From Octopus bimaculoides (taxonomy: Eukaryota), in NCBI RefSeq assembly GCF_001194135.2, contig NC_068983.1, positions 129,115,250 to 129,151,907 of the forward strand: DNA of 36,658 nt. The letters run 5' to 3'. Shown here one piece after another: positions 11,174 through 23,745 of the stretch (positions are counted from its first letter, which is position 1; each line of letters starts with the position of its first letter). The position numbers were made by a program, and so were the translations under genes. The notes under the pieces were generated by a model that searched no databases, was not told the origin of the DNA, and saw nothing but the letters and a program-made list of their open reading frames with translations.

Positions 11174-11535
11174 TACGACTTCGAGGGTTCCAGTCGATCC
11201 GATCAACGGAACAGCCTGCTCGGGAAATTAACGTGCAAGTGGCTGAGCACTCCAGAGACACGTGTACCCTTAACGTAGTTCTCGGCGATATTCAGCGTGA
11301 CACAGTGTGACAAGGCTGACCCTTTGAATTACAGGCACAACAGAAACAGGAAGTAAGAGTGAGAGAAAGCTGTGGTGGAAGAGTACAGCAGGGTTCGCCA
11401 CCATCCCCTGTCGGAGCTTCTTGGAGCTTTAGGTGTTTTCGCTCAATAAACACTCACAGCGCCCGGTCTGGGAATCGAAACGGCGATCGTATGACCGCGA
11501 GTCCGCTGCTCTAACCACTGGGCCATTGCACCTCC
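11174..11535 (-). mobile_element. tRNA-derived SINE family 3, second copy; 3' end lost in gap
   Basis: The reverse complement aligns over its length with 8120-8480. A box TGGCCCAGTGG (plus 11516-11526), B box GTTTCGATTCCC (plus 11471-11482). Confidence 0.9.
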
Positions 11536-12208
11536 ACGCGACAATAATAATGTGGTGTAGAACTAAATTTTCATATAGTAAATGATTATCTTATAGTCTT
11601 AATTAGCTGACAGATATTGCTTTTGTAAGAAGTGGAGTCATAGTTGAGTGCCTGGATTACCCCGTGTAGCATATTCATTCAAAATTATAAGTGAACAAAG
11701 CGAAGCTCGGGTTCCAGTTTAATTTCAAATGTTATTTTCATTTAAAAATCGTTTCCTTTATCTGAAATTCTATAACGTCAATGTGTATAAGTGTGTGCAA
11801 TTTGACTTTCGGGGCAAAATATTCACCGGCATTGCTCACAAATGTATCACTTCAGACAGAAAAGGTTAGGTGTCTCATTAAATCGAGCCTTGCTAAAGAA
11901 TATTAAGTATTTATTGTTTCGTCCGGTCAGTATGTGCTTGGATTTACATTTGACTTTGAGCTTCGTTTGGCACGACTGCGACGTCTGATTCAATGTTGTA
12001 TACGTATAAACAGAAAAGTGATGTTAGATGTTCATTTCAACAAAATTAAACCTTAGTGTACGAGTGAACACTTTATTGTTTAAATGAATATGTTCATCCA
12101 CGTGTTTCAGTAACTGGGACACCAACAAAAACAGCCGCCACTTCTTATAACAAAATTCGGTTTCATGAAGCATCTGCAGACTCCGACAGACTGAACAGAA
12201 CAGCACTA

Positions 12209-12276
<68 letters not shown>
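12209..12276. repeat. (ACT)n microsatellite
   Basis: Perfect trinucleotide run. Confidence 0.95.
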
Positions 12277-12309
12277 AGATAGCAGCAAGAATAATAAAAT
12301 ATTCTGTCG

Positions 12310-12368
12310 GAAATAATAATAATGATGGGTCCAATGTTTGCCACAAGGGCAGCCATTTTAAGAGAGGG
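12310..12368 (-). mobile_element. Probable 3' end of a SINE family 2 copy entering a gap
   Basis: aataataataatgatgggtccaatgtttgccacaagggcagccattttaagagaggg resembles the segment at 10570-10620. Confidence 0.4.
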
Positions 12369-12689
12369 NNNNNNNNNNNNNNNNNNNNNNNNNNNNNNNN
12401 NNNNNNNNNNNNNNNNNNNNNNNNNNNNNNNNNNNNNNNNNNNNNNNNNNNNNNNNNNNNNNNNNNNNNNNNNNNNNNNNNNNNNNNNNNNNNNNNNNNN
12501 NNNNNNNNNNNNNNNNNNNNNNNNNNNNNNNNNNNNNNNNNNNNNNNNNNNNNNNNNNNNNNNNNNNNNNNNNNNNNNNNNNNNNNNNNNNNNNNNNNNN
12601 NNNNNNNNNNNNNNNNNNNNNNNNNNNNNNNNNNNNNNNNNNNNNNNNNNNNNNNNNNNNNNNNNNNNNNNNNNNNNNNNNNCTATCAA

Positions 12690-12722
12690 TAAAATAATAA
12701 TAACAACAACAACAACAACAAC

Positions 12723-12776
<54 letters not shown>
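12690..12776. repeat. (AAT)n/(AAC)n microsatellite
   Basis: Direct runs. Confidence 0.95.
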
Positions 12777-12777
<1 letters not shown>

Positions 12778-12778
12778 C

Positions 12779-13110
12779 TGGCCTAAACTAAACGCAAAAG
12801 AAATACACAAAGCAAAATCTCAGCAATGGCTAATGAGGCTAGGGCTCAAAGTAGAGACTGAAGGATCTTTACTTGCAGAAGCCTCCCCACCAGCAATGAC
12901 CAAAATCATGTACTGAAAAGAAACAAGTAACTTTAGAATATGCGGAGATGGACAAGAATGAATATATTCACCAACACGACAGAGCTGGTACCTACATACA
13001 CTGGAAGCTTTGCCAACACTATGGAGTAACAACGGAGAAAATATGATATAATCACACGCCAAAATAGGTCACAGAAAATTTAAAAAAAGCAACCATAATA
13101 TGGGATATGC
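12779..13110 (+). pseudogene. R4/Dong-clade non-LTR retrotransposon fragment (Zn-finger / pre-RLE region)
   Basis: Peptides WPKLNAKEIHKAKSQQWLMRLGLKVETEGSLLA, SLPTS, RICGDG, EYIHQHDRAGTYIHWKLCQHYG, YNHTPK*VTEN and IIWDM follow the R4/Dong pattern WLxxGxLKxETEG...RHDxVxxxIHWxLC...ENxxxxILWD. Small deletions and frameshifts are present. Confidence 0.8.
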
Positions 13111-16100
13111 TGTAGTGTGAAGACATGTTTAGAAACGCTGCATGTATATTATTAGAAGAATTCTTACAGAGAAGAAGAATAAATTTAGGAACTATATATT
13201 TATTACATGAAATATATTTTATTCACTGGTTGTCGATGAAACAATCAAAATCTAGAAACTAACTGAATAAAATAATCTATGCAACAATGTTCAGAACAGT
13301 AGAAGCAACAGCTAAATAGTAGTTTGTAGTAATGCGGCATAGACAAATAGACATAGCATCGACGTGAATGGATCTGAGTCTAATCGAAAAAGAAGCAAAC
13401 TGTTTTTATTAATGGAACACCATACATTCTAGAAACTTCCAAGAGAAGCGTGAAACTTTTTGAATAATTAAGAATTACTTCTCATGAAATACAATCTTCC
13501 GAGGAACTTACTAAAGGGAGATTACTCTATGGGCCGTGCTCACGAGATCCACCCATATTCTATATGAAATACTGTCTGTGTAATTCCAAATTTTAATACA
13601 TAATTATAATTTTCTTGTTTTCTAAAATATTCTCTAGAACAATACTTTTTTCAAAACCAACAATATGGCATCCTAGTCATAACATCAACTTCGTTCAAGA
13701 TCTTTCCATACTGTGCTCTAACTGAGACATCGGAACAACATTCAATATACCCAAACACTCACCAACATAGGGAGGTTTGTGTCTTTGATAGTTGTATAAC
13801 ATACTATGCTAACACACCATTAGAGCTCACTTTCAGATTTGAATACAAGGTGAAATATATCAATATGTCATTACTCTGGAGGCTGGAAATACTACCGATG
13901 AATTCGCTTTCGCTCATTTAGATGCACGGTGATTATGTTCTCTCCTAGTCAACAAACAGAGCACATAACTTAAATTCTTTCCCGTACCGCTGGAAAGGAT
14001 ATACAGTTTTGTAACAATCTGCTGTAAAGTTAATCTTTTAATTTTCTCCGTCTGTATTACATTGTTATCCGTCAATTTTGCTGAGAAAGCAATGTTTGGA
14101 AAACTGCGTCAGAAGCTGTTAATATTTACGCTCGGCAAAAATAGCGCATGCGTGTATGGTTGTTTGTTTGTGCGCGCGCGTGTGTGTGTGTATGTTTGTC
14201 TGTTTGTGCGTGCGTGCGTTGTTAGTATTTTCTCTGCAAATGTTTAATTCCGTATTGTCAACATAATCTGACGAAAAATCATTATTTTTTGAGAGTGTGA
14301 TATTAGCTTTAATTTGATTTTTCAGCTTTCGTTTTTTAAATCAATTTTTTTTTAATGTCTCTTGACTGGGGCGTAATTTCATTTTTATCTTTTCACTACT
14401 AACTCTGACAAGCAAATCTTTCAGCTACTACAATACAAAGAGTTATAGTGAAATATGGCTAAACCTAAAGACATAAAGCAAATAGCTCAAAATTGCCTTT
14501 TCATTTTGTCCACTGAATGCAGACAATGATGGCAAACAATCTTCTCACACCTCTTTGTAATAAATCTGCGTGATACGACACAAATAATAATACAATACTT
14601 GTAGCAAGTCATCAAGTTTAATACTGTGACACGGGCATCATCATCAACAAAAACAACACCAGCAATGGTGTAAGGGCTGTAAATTTAAAAGAAAAGAGCC
14701 AAATACATTACATCGTCTTATGCTCTTTCAATGATTTATCGCCTGATGTGAAGTTTGTCGTGGATGAATCTGTTCGGGATGGTGCATATTTTCGCATCAC
14801 CAATCAGACTACCGACGACAAGCAAAATTCTTCGCTAAAACAAATTCTTGAAATCTATGTTTTGCAGAATTACGGAATGAGAATTTTCAACGTAATCTCC
14901 TTCGATTGAGTCCGTTTTCTATAACGTCGATACATCTTGACTCATAGAACAGACGGTTACTGCTGCCAGTTTGAGTAGATACCTACCAGGAGGTCAATTA
15001 ACAGAGAAGTATATATTACAAAAGCACGTTTGATAAACCATTAATTTCAGAGTATATTAATACCCTGCAACCAACCCTCAATTCCTATATTTTGGGGGAG
15101 AGAGCTGGATCAGAGCTTTGACATGGGCATTGAAGTTTATCATGCAATACAAATACTTTCTTCTCCCGAATATACTTGCAATACGCCTCTGAAAAGCTTC
15201 ACATATCTGCACTGTTCGAGATCGAATAATACAATTCCTTCAGTAGAACAGAATCAGGTAGCACTCGAAGTGTCTAAAGGCATCTGGTTACCCCAAAACT
15301 TTCTGGTGTACCTAGATATTCTTTGGGAGGATGGTATAGAATGTCGGTCAAATCCAGCATCTCCTATTTACCTCTATGTCAGAGGTGGTATTCCCAAATT
15401 CAGAACGTCTAAGGAAATAGTGACTGCATTCCCGAGCATGCTATATTCGTGGTGGATGATTTTACAATTGTTATTTTAACGTCTGTGTACTTGATTCAGT
15501 TTTGGTTTCACGCAGTGGCTGTCATAACAACTGGTCATGCTGCATTTAGGAGTCATGTTAAGTAGCGATAATTTACCCCATGGAAAGCTTATGACGAATA
15601 TATGTTGATTATGTTTATCAAATCACCACATTTGTGTTCGGTGCTTTGGTTGCTATATCTCACAAATCATAGATTGTCGCAGATGAACCTAATAGGGATT
15701 GCACTCCAGTCAAACCACAAATGAGAGGTAGCATCTTATATGCTAACATTTTGGTCGAAATATAAACCCCTTGTTTAAACCCCTTGTTTATAATCTTGTT
15801 TATAATTGTATATGTCGCACCTTACTTAAATCTTTCGTGCTCGTTGGGTGGCTTTCCTTCCGTATGCATTTGGTTCACAGTATCTCGCTCTGATAGTAGC
15901 TTCTTCTATTGAAAAAAATATCCGACATCAATTCCTATCCTTTGTCCGTTTGCCATTATATTATTTTTAATAGTTCCCTGCTTATACTAGACTCTCATCT
16001 CTTTCTACCACTGCCTCTTTCCTAAATACTACCTACCCATGTCCCCTTTCAGGTAGCCCTATCACCTTTTGTTGATTATTTCCACTCTCAGCTGTTAATC

Positions 16101-18904
16101 CTGTTTCGCAAAGTTTGCGCGTCAAGAAAACATGGCTTCAACCTTCTGTAGATTTAACTTAGTCGACTGTGAAGGTCACAAATACGTGATATATTTAAAA
16201 TGTAAACATCATATACTACTCTCTCTGTTAATCTAGTGAAAATACGATATAAATTCAACTGGATAATCCGTAGCTTTTATTCCATGTCCACAATCACAAA
16301 TTAGGTTAGTCGAATCAATCAATGTAAAACAACCTTTGAGAATACATTTACGAATCGCCGATGTTTTTATTAAATGACAGAATGTTCCACTGAAGGTTTC
16401 TAGACATCTAAACTATCCCAGCCGTGTAGCCTCAGTCGGCGCATTGACGGCTCCTAGATTGAAAGAAATGACTCTGCTATTATTCACATCCCGTACTATC
16501 GAGCTACTAGTTTACCACTCGTATGCAACATGGCTTGTAGCTATAATATGAATTTTCTAGAAACTCTCAACACTCCTCCGTTCAATATATCCTGGTCACC
16601 TAATTAATGTACATTACAGTCTCCGAAGATAGGGCTGAATGAGTGTGCTACAAACGTTTCTCATTTCAGTAATTGCTGTCAAATCTAAGACTTGTTATAG
16701 AAGGAAAGTAGAGCAAACGACCATTGATTCAAGATAGCATGGCCAGCGTATATCTATACATCCTATTCTGCGTAACAAAATATCTCTAGCGAGAGGTCAC
16801 TTACTTTTGAGAATGAAATGTAGTATGCATTTCTTCCAGGAACGGTCCCTGTAAATTTTGTTGCAATAGTGTATTATTACTGTTTTTTTCTAACTTCTGC
16901 TAGTACGTTAATTTCCACGTGTTATTTTATTGATAATCCGCATTATGGAGATTTGAATGAATTTTTAAAATTCTCACCTTTCTGATGATATATAGTAATA
17001 TGTTTTGTAAAGTAGTCCCTTCACTGACTATTATTTTCATTTATAACGTTAAGTACACGAAGTATTCGAAGTGCTTGGATGTGTTCGTTGATGCAACCTT
17101 TCCTTTTTGTTTCTTTTTTTTTCTGTTTGGGATTGTATGTTATCCTGTCGTTTTTTTAATGAGTAGCGATTGATTATTGTTGCGATGACATGGAAGTGTT
17201 CTAATTTCGTAGTTTTTGTAGATGTTTCGTTGTATGTGCTAGACACAACCGTGAGGTGTCATGTGAACAGGTTAGTGCAAATACACGTTGAACAAATCGT
17301 GTAGACTTTCGGAAAATACGATGTCACTGAAATATATTAGATACATTTAACAGGTTCCACAAACTCTCAAGCAAATAAATTATACATATTTTCTCATACA
17401 AGTAATCTTCTCCCAATGGTTAATCAAGGCTGCACAAAGATGCAATTTGCATGACAAATAAACGGAATGTGCTATTTTTCACCTGACATTCTCTGAACTA
17501 CTGCTGCCTGTACAGAAAAGTTTCAGTAAGTCAAAACTTTCTAAAGTCATCATTTGGTAAATTTATTCGTCCATTACATTTCTTCCGATTTTAGAAATAA
17601 ACATTACATGAGACCGTCAGCGGATAGTGTCAGGCCTTGTCATTTACCCTCCTCCGTTTATCAACATTTTCGCTTGAAAATTTATTCTCCATGTATTTCT
17701 ATGAATAAAAATCTGCTGACTGATCAACAAAAATTCGAAACTTGCTCGATAAATCTTAATAAGTATGGAGTCATCAGCCCCTAAAAAAACATTTGAAGTA
17801 CGGTGTTGTCGCTCGGTACAATCTCAGTAGTCTCACATCACAGCAAATCCATGCCGTAAAGCTTTTCTCGGATTGACGCTATCAACTGAAGCACCCCTTG
17901 ATGAAGACGTTCTGGAAATTACCGATGGAAGATCTAGGATCACAAATCCTCCACGACAGACAGAAGTGCACCCTATTGTTGATGACCGGATTTCCTGAAA
18001 ATATTATTTTCCTTTCTTTCAGCAGACAGTCTTCTATTTCTCCATTCATACAATGAATGAATAGCCCAACTATTAATGGGCAATGGGTGCCTAACGATAT
18101 CGTGGTTGAATATACTGCATCATTTACAAGACGGAAGAGTGTAGATAAATTAAACTGACGTACTACTAATGTACAGCAACAAGCGTAGATGTGTGCAGAA
18201 TGTGGCAGCATTCACACCGTTTAAAATACTGCATACATATTTTCTACCGGAATCATGAGTGTAGTCGCTACCTCACTCTATCAAACACAGGATTGTAACT
18301 TCTTAGAAGGTCAGGCATTCATCACATCAGCCCGTTTTCTTTTATTACATGAGAATGACTTTTCTAACATTGAGGAAACGATTTTATCATAAACATCACC
18401 TATAGCACTTGCTCATGAGGTATTTCTCAATCAAATTCTCGCATACAAAATTGTTCCCATTCTCATCCAGTTTTCTCCGAAGCTAATTATTAAACGCTAT
18501 CAATCAAACTCTACGCATACAACACTTGACAACCTGCACCTATTTTCGACGACTGTGCTAATCCACCCTTTGTAGCCTCTACGCGCTGAGAATAAGGTGT
18601 CCATTTTGAGCTGACGTTGCAACTGTTCGTGGATTACTCATGTTTGTCTTCGGGAAACACGAGAAGACTTCTTCTTTCATTCGGAGAGAGCTGTTCCACG
18701 ATAGGTGGTCTTTATATTCTTTTCTGTAATTGCTTTACCTAAAGAGAGCAAATTTTGCGAAAAAATGTTTTCAAGAGTGTTTTTACGGTTTAGAGAAACA
18801 ATAATAATATTACACTATTGTGCATTTCAAATATCAAGCAGTCGTGAACCAAATGCCAATAATTATATCAATAAAATCAACAATAAAATTATATATACAC
18901 GTAT

Positions 18905-18948
18905 ACGTACGGATGTATGTATTATGTATCTATCTATACAAACACATG

Positions 18949-18980
<32 letters not shown>

Positions 18981-19002
18981 CATACATATATACATACATG
19001 CA

Positions 19003-19052
<50 letters not shown>
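18905..19052. repeat. (TACA)n/(TA)n low-complexity repeat at gap edge
   Basis: Direct runs. Confidence 0.9.
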
Positions 19053-20134
19053 NNNNNNNNNNNNNNNNNNNNNNNNNNNNNNNNNNNNNNNNNNNNNNNN
19101 NNNNNNNNNNNNNNNNNNNNNNNNNNNNNNNNNNNNNNNNNNNNNNNNNNNNNNNNNNNNNNNNNNNNNNNNNNNNNNNNNNNNNNNNNNNNNNNNNNNN
19201 NNNNNNNNNNNNNNNNNNNNNNNNNNNNNNNNNNNNNNNNNNNNNNNNNNNNNNNNNNNNNNNNNNNNNNNNNNNNNNNNNNNNNNNNNNNNNNNNNNNN
19301 NNNNNNNNNNNNNNNNNNNNNNNNNNNNNNNNNNNNNNNNNNNNNNNNNNNNNNNNNNNNNNNNNNNNNNNNNNNNNNNNNNNNNNNNNNNNNNNNNNNN
19401 NNNNNNNNNNNNNNNNNNNNNNNNNNNNNNNNNNNNNNNNNNNNNNNNNNNNNNNNNNNNNNNNNNNNNNNNNNNNNNNNNNNNNNNNNNNNNNNNNNNN
19501 NNNNNNNNNTATATATGTATATATATATGCATGTAATTATACATATCTGTACGTGTGTATATGTGTTAAGTATTAAAGTAAACGAGCCATCTAAGCTCTC
19601 TCGTTCAACACGACTTCTTTTACTCTGTTGTATTCTTCACATTTGTGAAGCATTACACAAATATACATATGAACAAATGAACAAGGAACTATCCATGTAA
19701 AACAAGAAAAAACACATATACGTATTATTTGTACATAGTGTAATGTCATACATGTGTACTTCAAACGTAGAAAATGGTCACATCACACAAGTGTCAAGCG
19801 ATCTGTATTCGGTATTAAATAAAAAGAATATGCGTGTTTGTAGAATGCTTATTTACTAGCATGTTAATTCAATGAGTAAACATTTATGGATAAACCAATT
19901 CATATAACGGAAATTCACCTACGTATATATGTATTTGCCTGTGTACTAAGCCGCGCGTGTGTGATGATATGCGTATGGTGGGAATATGTGATACAATTAA
20001 AGTGAATAATGATGAAAATATAGAATTAGACGCGGAAATATCTTCTACGTAACGGGTACCTTAGACTCAGAATTCATTCCCATCACTCAACAACTCACAA
20101 TACCCTTCCAATAAAAATACATATAAATGTTGAT

Positions 20135-20545
20135 CTGTGCGTGTATATAGGTGTGTGTGTTTGTGTGTATTTATGCGTATGTACACATACATGTGCCTAT
20201 ATATGCATATACTCATATATTGTTTATATATATATATATNNNNNNNNNNNNNNNNNNNNNNNNNNNNNNNNNNNNNNNNNNNNNNNNNNNNNNNNNNNNN
20301 NNNNNNNNNNNNNNNNNNNNNNNNNNNNNNNNNNNNNNNNNNNNNNNNNNNNNNNNNNNNNNNNNNNNNNNNNNNNNNNNNNNNNNNNNNNNNNNNNNNN
20401 NNNNNNNNNNNNNNNNNNNNNNNNNNNNNNNNNNNNNNNNNNNNNNNNNNNNNNNNNNNNNNNNNNNNNNNNNNNNNNNNATATATATATATATATATAT
20501 GTATACACACACACACACACACACAGCTACATATATGTATGCTCT
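20135..20545. repeat. (TG)n/(TA)n/(CA)n microsatellites flanking a gap
   Basis: Direct runs either side of N 20240-20480. Confidence 0.85.
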
Positions 20546-21412
20546 GCGTGAGTGAGTGTTTATTAGAAATATTCGCCATCATTATCCATTCATAACATTT
20601 TCATTGTCTTTCGTTTAACTTTGTTGTTCATGAATGTTTAAATATTCGAGTACAAAATATCTTTCCTCTATATTATTTTTTTCTCCACATAATGCAAATA
20701 CGAGATATCTTACACTAAAACAATGAATGTAAGGATTCATTAATTCATGCATAAAATTTGTTGGACAATATATCTTTTTTTTTTCATACAAGCCCACATC
20801 TGTTATTTTCTGATAATCCCCTCTCTGCGCTCACACCCATTTCATCGAATCCTTTTGTGCTAATTTAATTCTTGCATAGGCAATTTTATTCTATGGCTCC
20901 TTGCAAACAGACCGTTTAACGCCCAATATATCAATAATTCTTTCAAGACATAACTGCATCTTTGTGATTGATTTCTGTAATTTCAGTGATTGCAGATTAT
21001 ATTTCTTATTCTTGAAACAATAAATACGTGTGTAAAAGAGGAGTTTGCCACGGGAACATAGAATATACGTCGCACAGAAACAATACACATATATATGCGT
21101 AATATATATACGTGTGAGTGAATGTGTGAAGGTTCAGTGTATATACATATATATAATATATTTGTATGTGTACACAAATACACAGAAGTTTTTTTTATGC
21201 GCGCAGCGATGTAAACACATACACAAATGCACGGTCGCACACAAACATACACACATATATACATCCACACAAGCACTCTTCCTTAATGTGATACCCATGA
21301 ATATCTCGCTCATGCAGGCGCGTATTTACATACTGATTTATGTGAATACCTGCATGGTTTACGCATGCATATATGGATTATCACATATAATGAGACAAAT
21401 GGATAGATAGAC

Positions 21413-21453
<41 letters not shown>

Positions 21454-22073
21454 NNNNNNNNNNNNNNNNNNNNNNNNNNNNNNNNNNNNNNNNNNNNNNN
21501 NNNNNNNNNNNNNNNNNNNNNNNNNNNNNNNNNNNNNNNNNNNNNNNNNNNNNNNNNNNNNNNNNNNNNNNNNNNNNNNNNNNNNNNNNNNNNNNNNNNN
21601 NNNNNNNNNNNNNNNNNNNNNNNNNNNNNNNNNNNNNNNNNNNNNNNNNNNNNNNNNNNNNNNNNNNNNNNNNNNNNNNNNNNNNNNNNNNNNNNNNNNN
21701 NNNNNNNNNNNNNNNNNNNNNNNNNNNNNNNNNNNNNNNNNNNNNNNNNNNNNNNNNNNNNNNNNNNNNNNNNNNCAAGCTTCAGAATTTTCTCCTCTAC
21801 CAATTCAGGGATGATACAAACTGTAGCCAATGAATTAGTTATTACAAAATACCAATCCCTTTTGTATGCATCTAAGACAAACGACATATCTACCACAGCC
21901 TTAGAATAACATTAAGACACACGCAAATATTAAAAATGATACACTCAAAAATTTATTAAATGCAGTCCTAATCACTGCTATAATCCATAAGGAGCCACTT
22001 TTATGTCACTTGACCATTTAACATCCTACTACTATCATGGCACACCCCCACTTATCTTCGTCTCCCCCTCATT

Positions 22074-22115
22074 TTCCTCCTCCTCCTCCTCCTCCTCCTT
22101 TTTCTTCTTCTTCTC
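22074..22115. repeat. (CCT)n(CTT)n pyrimidine microsatellite
   Basis: Direct runs. Confidence 0.9.
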
Positions 22116-23129
22116 TACCGAGAATTCACAACGACCTCGAACCCACAACAGTAAACAAGAGAGAGAGCGAGATAGGAAGAAACAAGGAAAATTCCCCTTA
22201 TATATATATATATATGTATATACATAAACGCACGTTTGCTTACATATAAATATACATATATACATTTTATTTGTTCACAATGATTTTAACCACATGCCAT
22301 TTTCGTACTCACATGGTGGATCTGATACAAGGCTGGCTTCCTAATATGGCAATGAAATATTCTTCAGATCACTTCCTGTTGTTTTTCAAAGATTATTAGG
22401 GATTTCTTGCAGATTATTTGAAGCCTTTACGTTAGTTTTTTTTATATACGTGGAATGTTCATTAAATATTTCTCCTAACTTACTTTCCAAAGACAGATAC
22501 ATGAATATTAGAAAATGCAGTAATTTAAAATGTGAGATATGTAATATTACAACTGTTCAAGTTCCGTTTCCTGTAATTACCGGAGCTGGGTCAGGGGAAA
22601 TCTTTAATGAACACACCTCGCATTATATTATTTGTAGATAGTTCATAGATTATTATAGATTTACCTGATTAATGTTACCGAGAACTTGTAAAAATACTGC
22701 CACCAATTACATCACCTCTACTATTAGTATGAGACGTACAACTCTTCTTACAGGCAAAAGTAAAATTGTTATAATCGTGGACAAGAAGAACTTCCATATC
22801 TTCAATACGTACAACAAAGTAAATAACTGCAGCAGAAAAACAGAAATAGAATAGAAATACCATCAAAAATATTTTTTTTAAATAAATAAATAACTCGTTC
22901 GTGTCATTACAGATTAAAGTTTATCCTTGAAGGGCTTATAAAAGAATAAAATGAAGGGTGAGCTTTTGCTTTTAAAAAAATTGTGATACTTACTGTCAGA
23001 TAAAAGAAAGTAAATAAGGATGAATACTTCATGTTACGCCCCCAAAATGAAAGAATGTAAACGTTCAAAATCATTTCACACAGACCAAACAAAAATAATG
23101 CTTTAAATTCAACGCAAAAAAATTATGGT

Positions 23130-23745
23130 TCACGTGTATATATGTATATGTATATGCACATGTATGTAGGCAAATGTATGTAGGCAAATGGATATGAAAG
23201 TAAACAGATAGAAATACAGACGGATAGATACATAGTTAATATGAACAGACAAGCACACATGCAGACCCATACGCAACTGAAAACTGAAAAACATGGCCAT
23301 ATACATACACACTTCAATTCACGCAAGGATACATATGGAGACACACGTCCACACATATGGAGATACACATCCATACATACAAACACAGTACACAGTCGCA
23401 AAAGTCCACTCAGACATGACATGCACACACAGGGAGACGGAGGTATACACACAAATATGCAAACATACACACACACACGCATAAAAACACACAATTACAC
23501 AAACACACAATCACACAAGCACACAAACACACAAACACATTAATATACAGAATGCATACATATAAACGTACACACATACATACGTTTATACATACGCACA
23601 CACATACATAAATAGATGCATACACACACTTACATGTATGCATGTATACATACATACACACATGGATGTGTACGCGCACAAACACTGACTCACACACATG
23701 TTCACAAACAAACACTGACTCACACACATGTTCACACACAAACAA
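23130..23745. repeat. Degenerate CA/TA-rich low-complexity tract, including a 30-bp tandem duplication
   Basis: aacactgactcacacacatgttcac occurs at 23681 and 23711 (period 30). The tract explains the H/T/C/V-rich spurious ORFs. Confidence 0.85.

Noticed and set aside
14135-14150. gcgcatgcg NRF1-like motif; also the octamer atttgcat near 17446
   Set aside because: Isolated short motifs, with no CpG island, TSS evidence or downstream snRNA-like sequence.
15123-15479. 118-aa plus-strand ORF; also the 118-aa ORF at 24361-24717 and the 109-aa ORF at 17882-18211
   Set aside because: No recognisable motifs or convincing splice-site framing, and the lengths are compatible with chance.
18192-18215. 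CAECGSIH as a Gag zinc knuckle
   Set aside because: A stop follows within two codons, and I found no protease, RT or other Gag motifs nearby in any frame.
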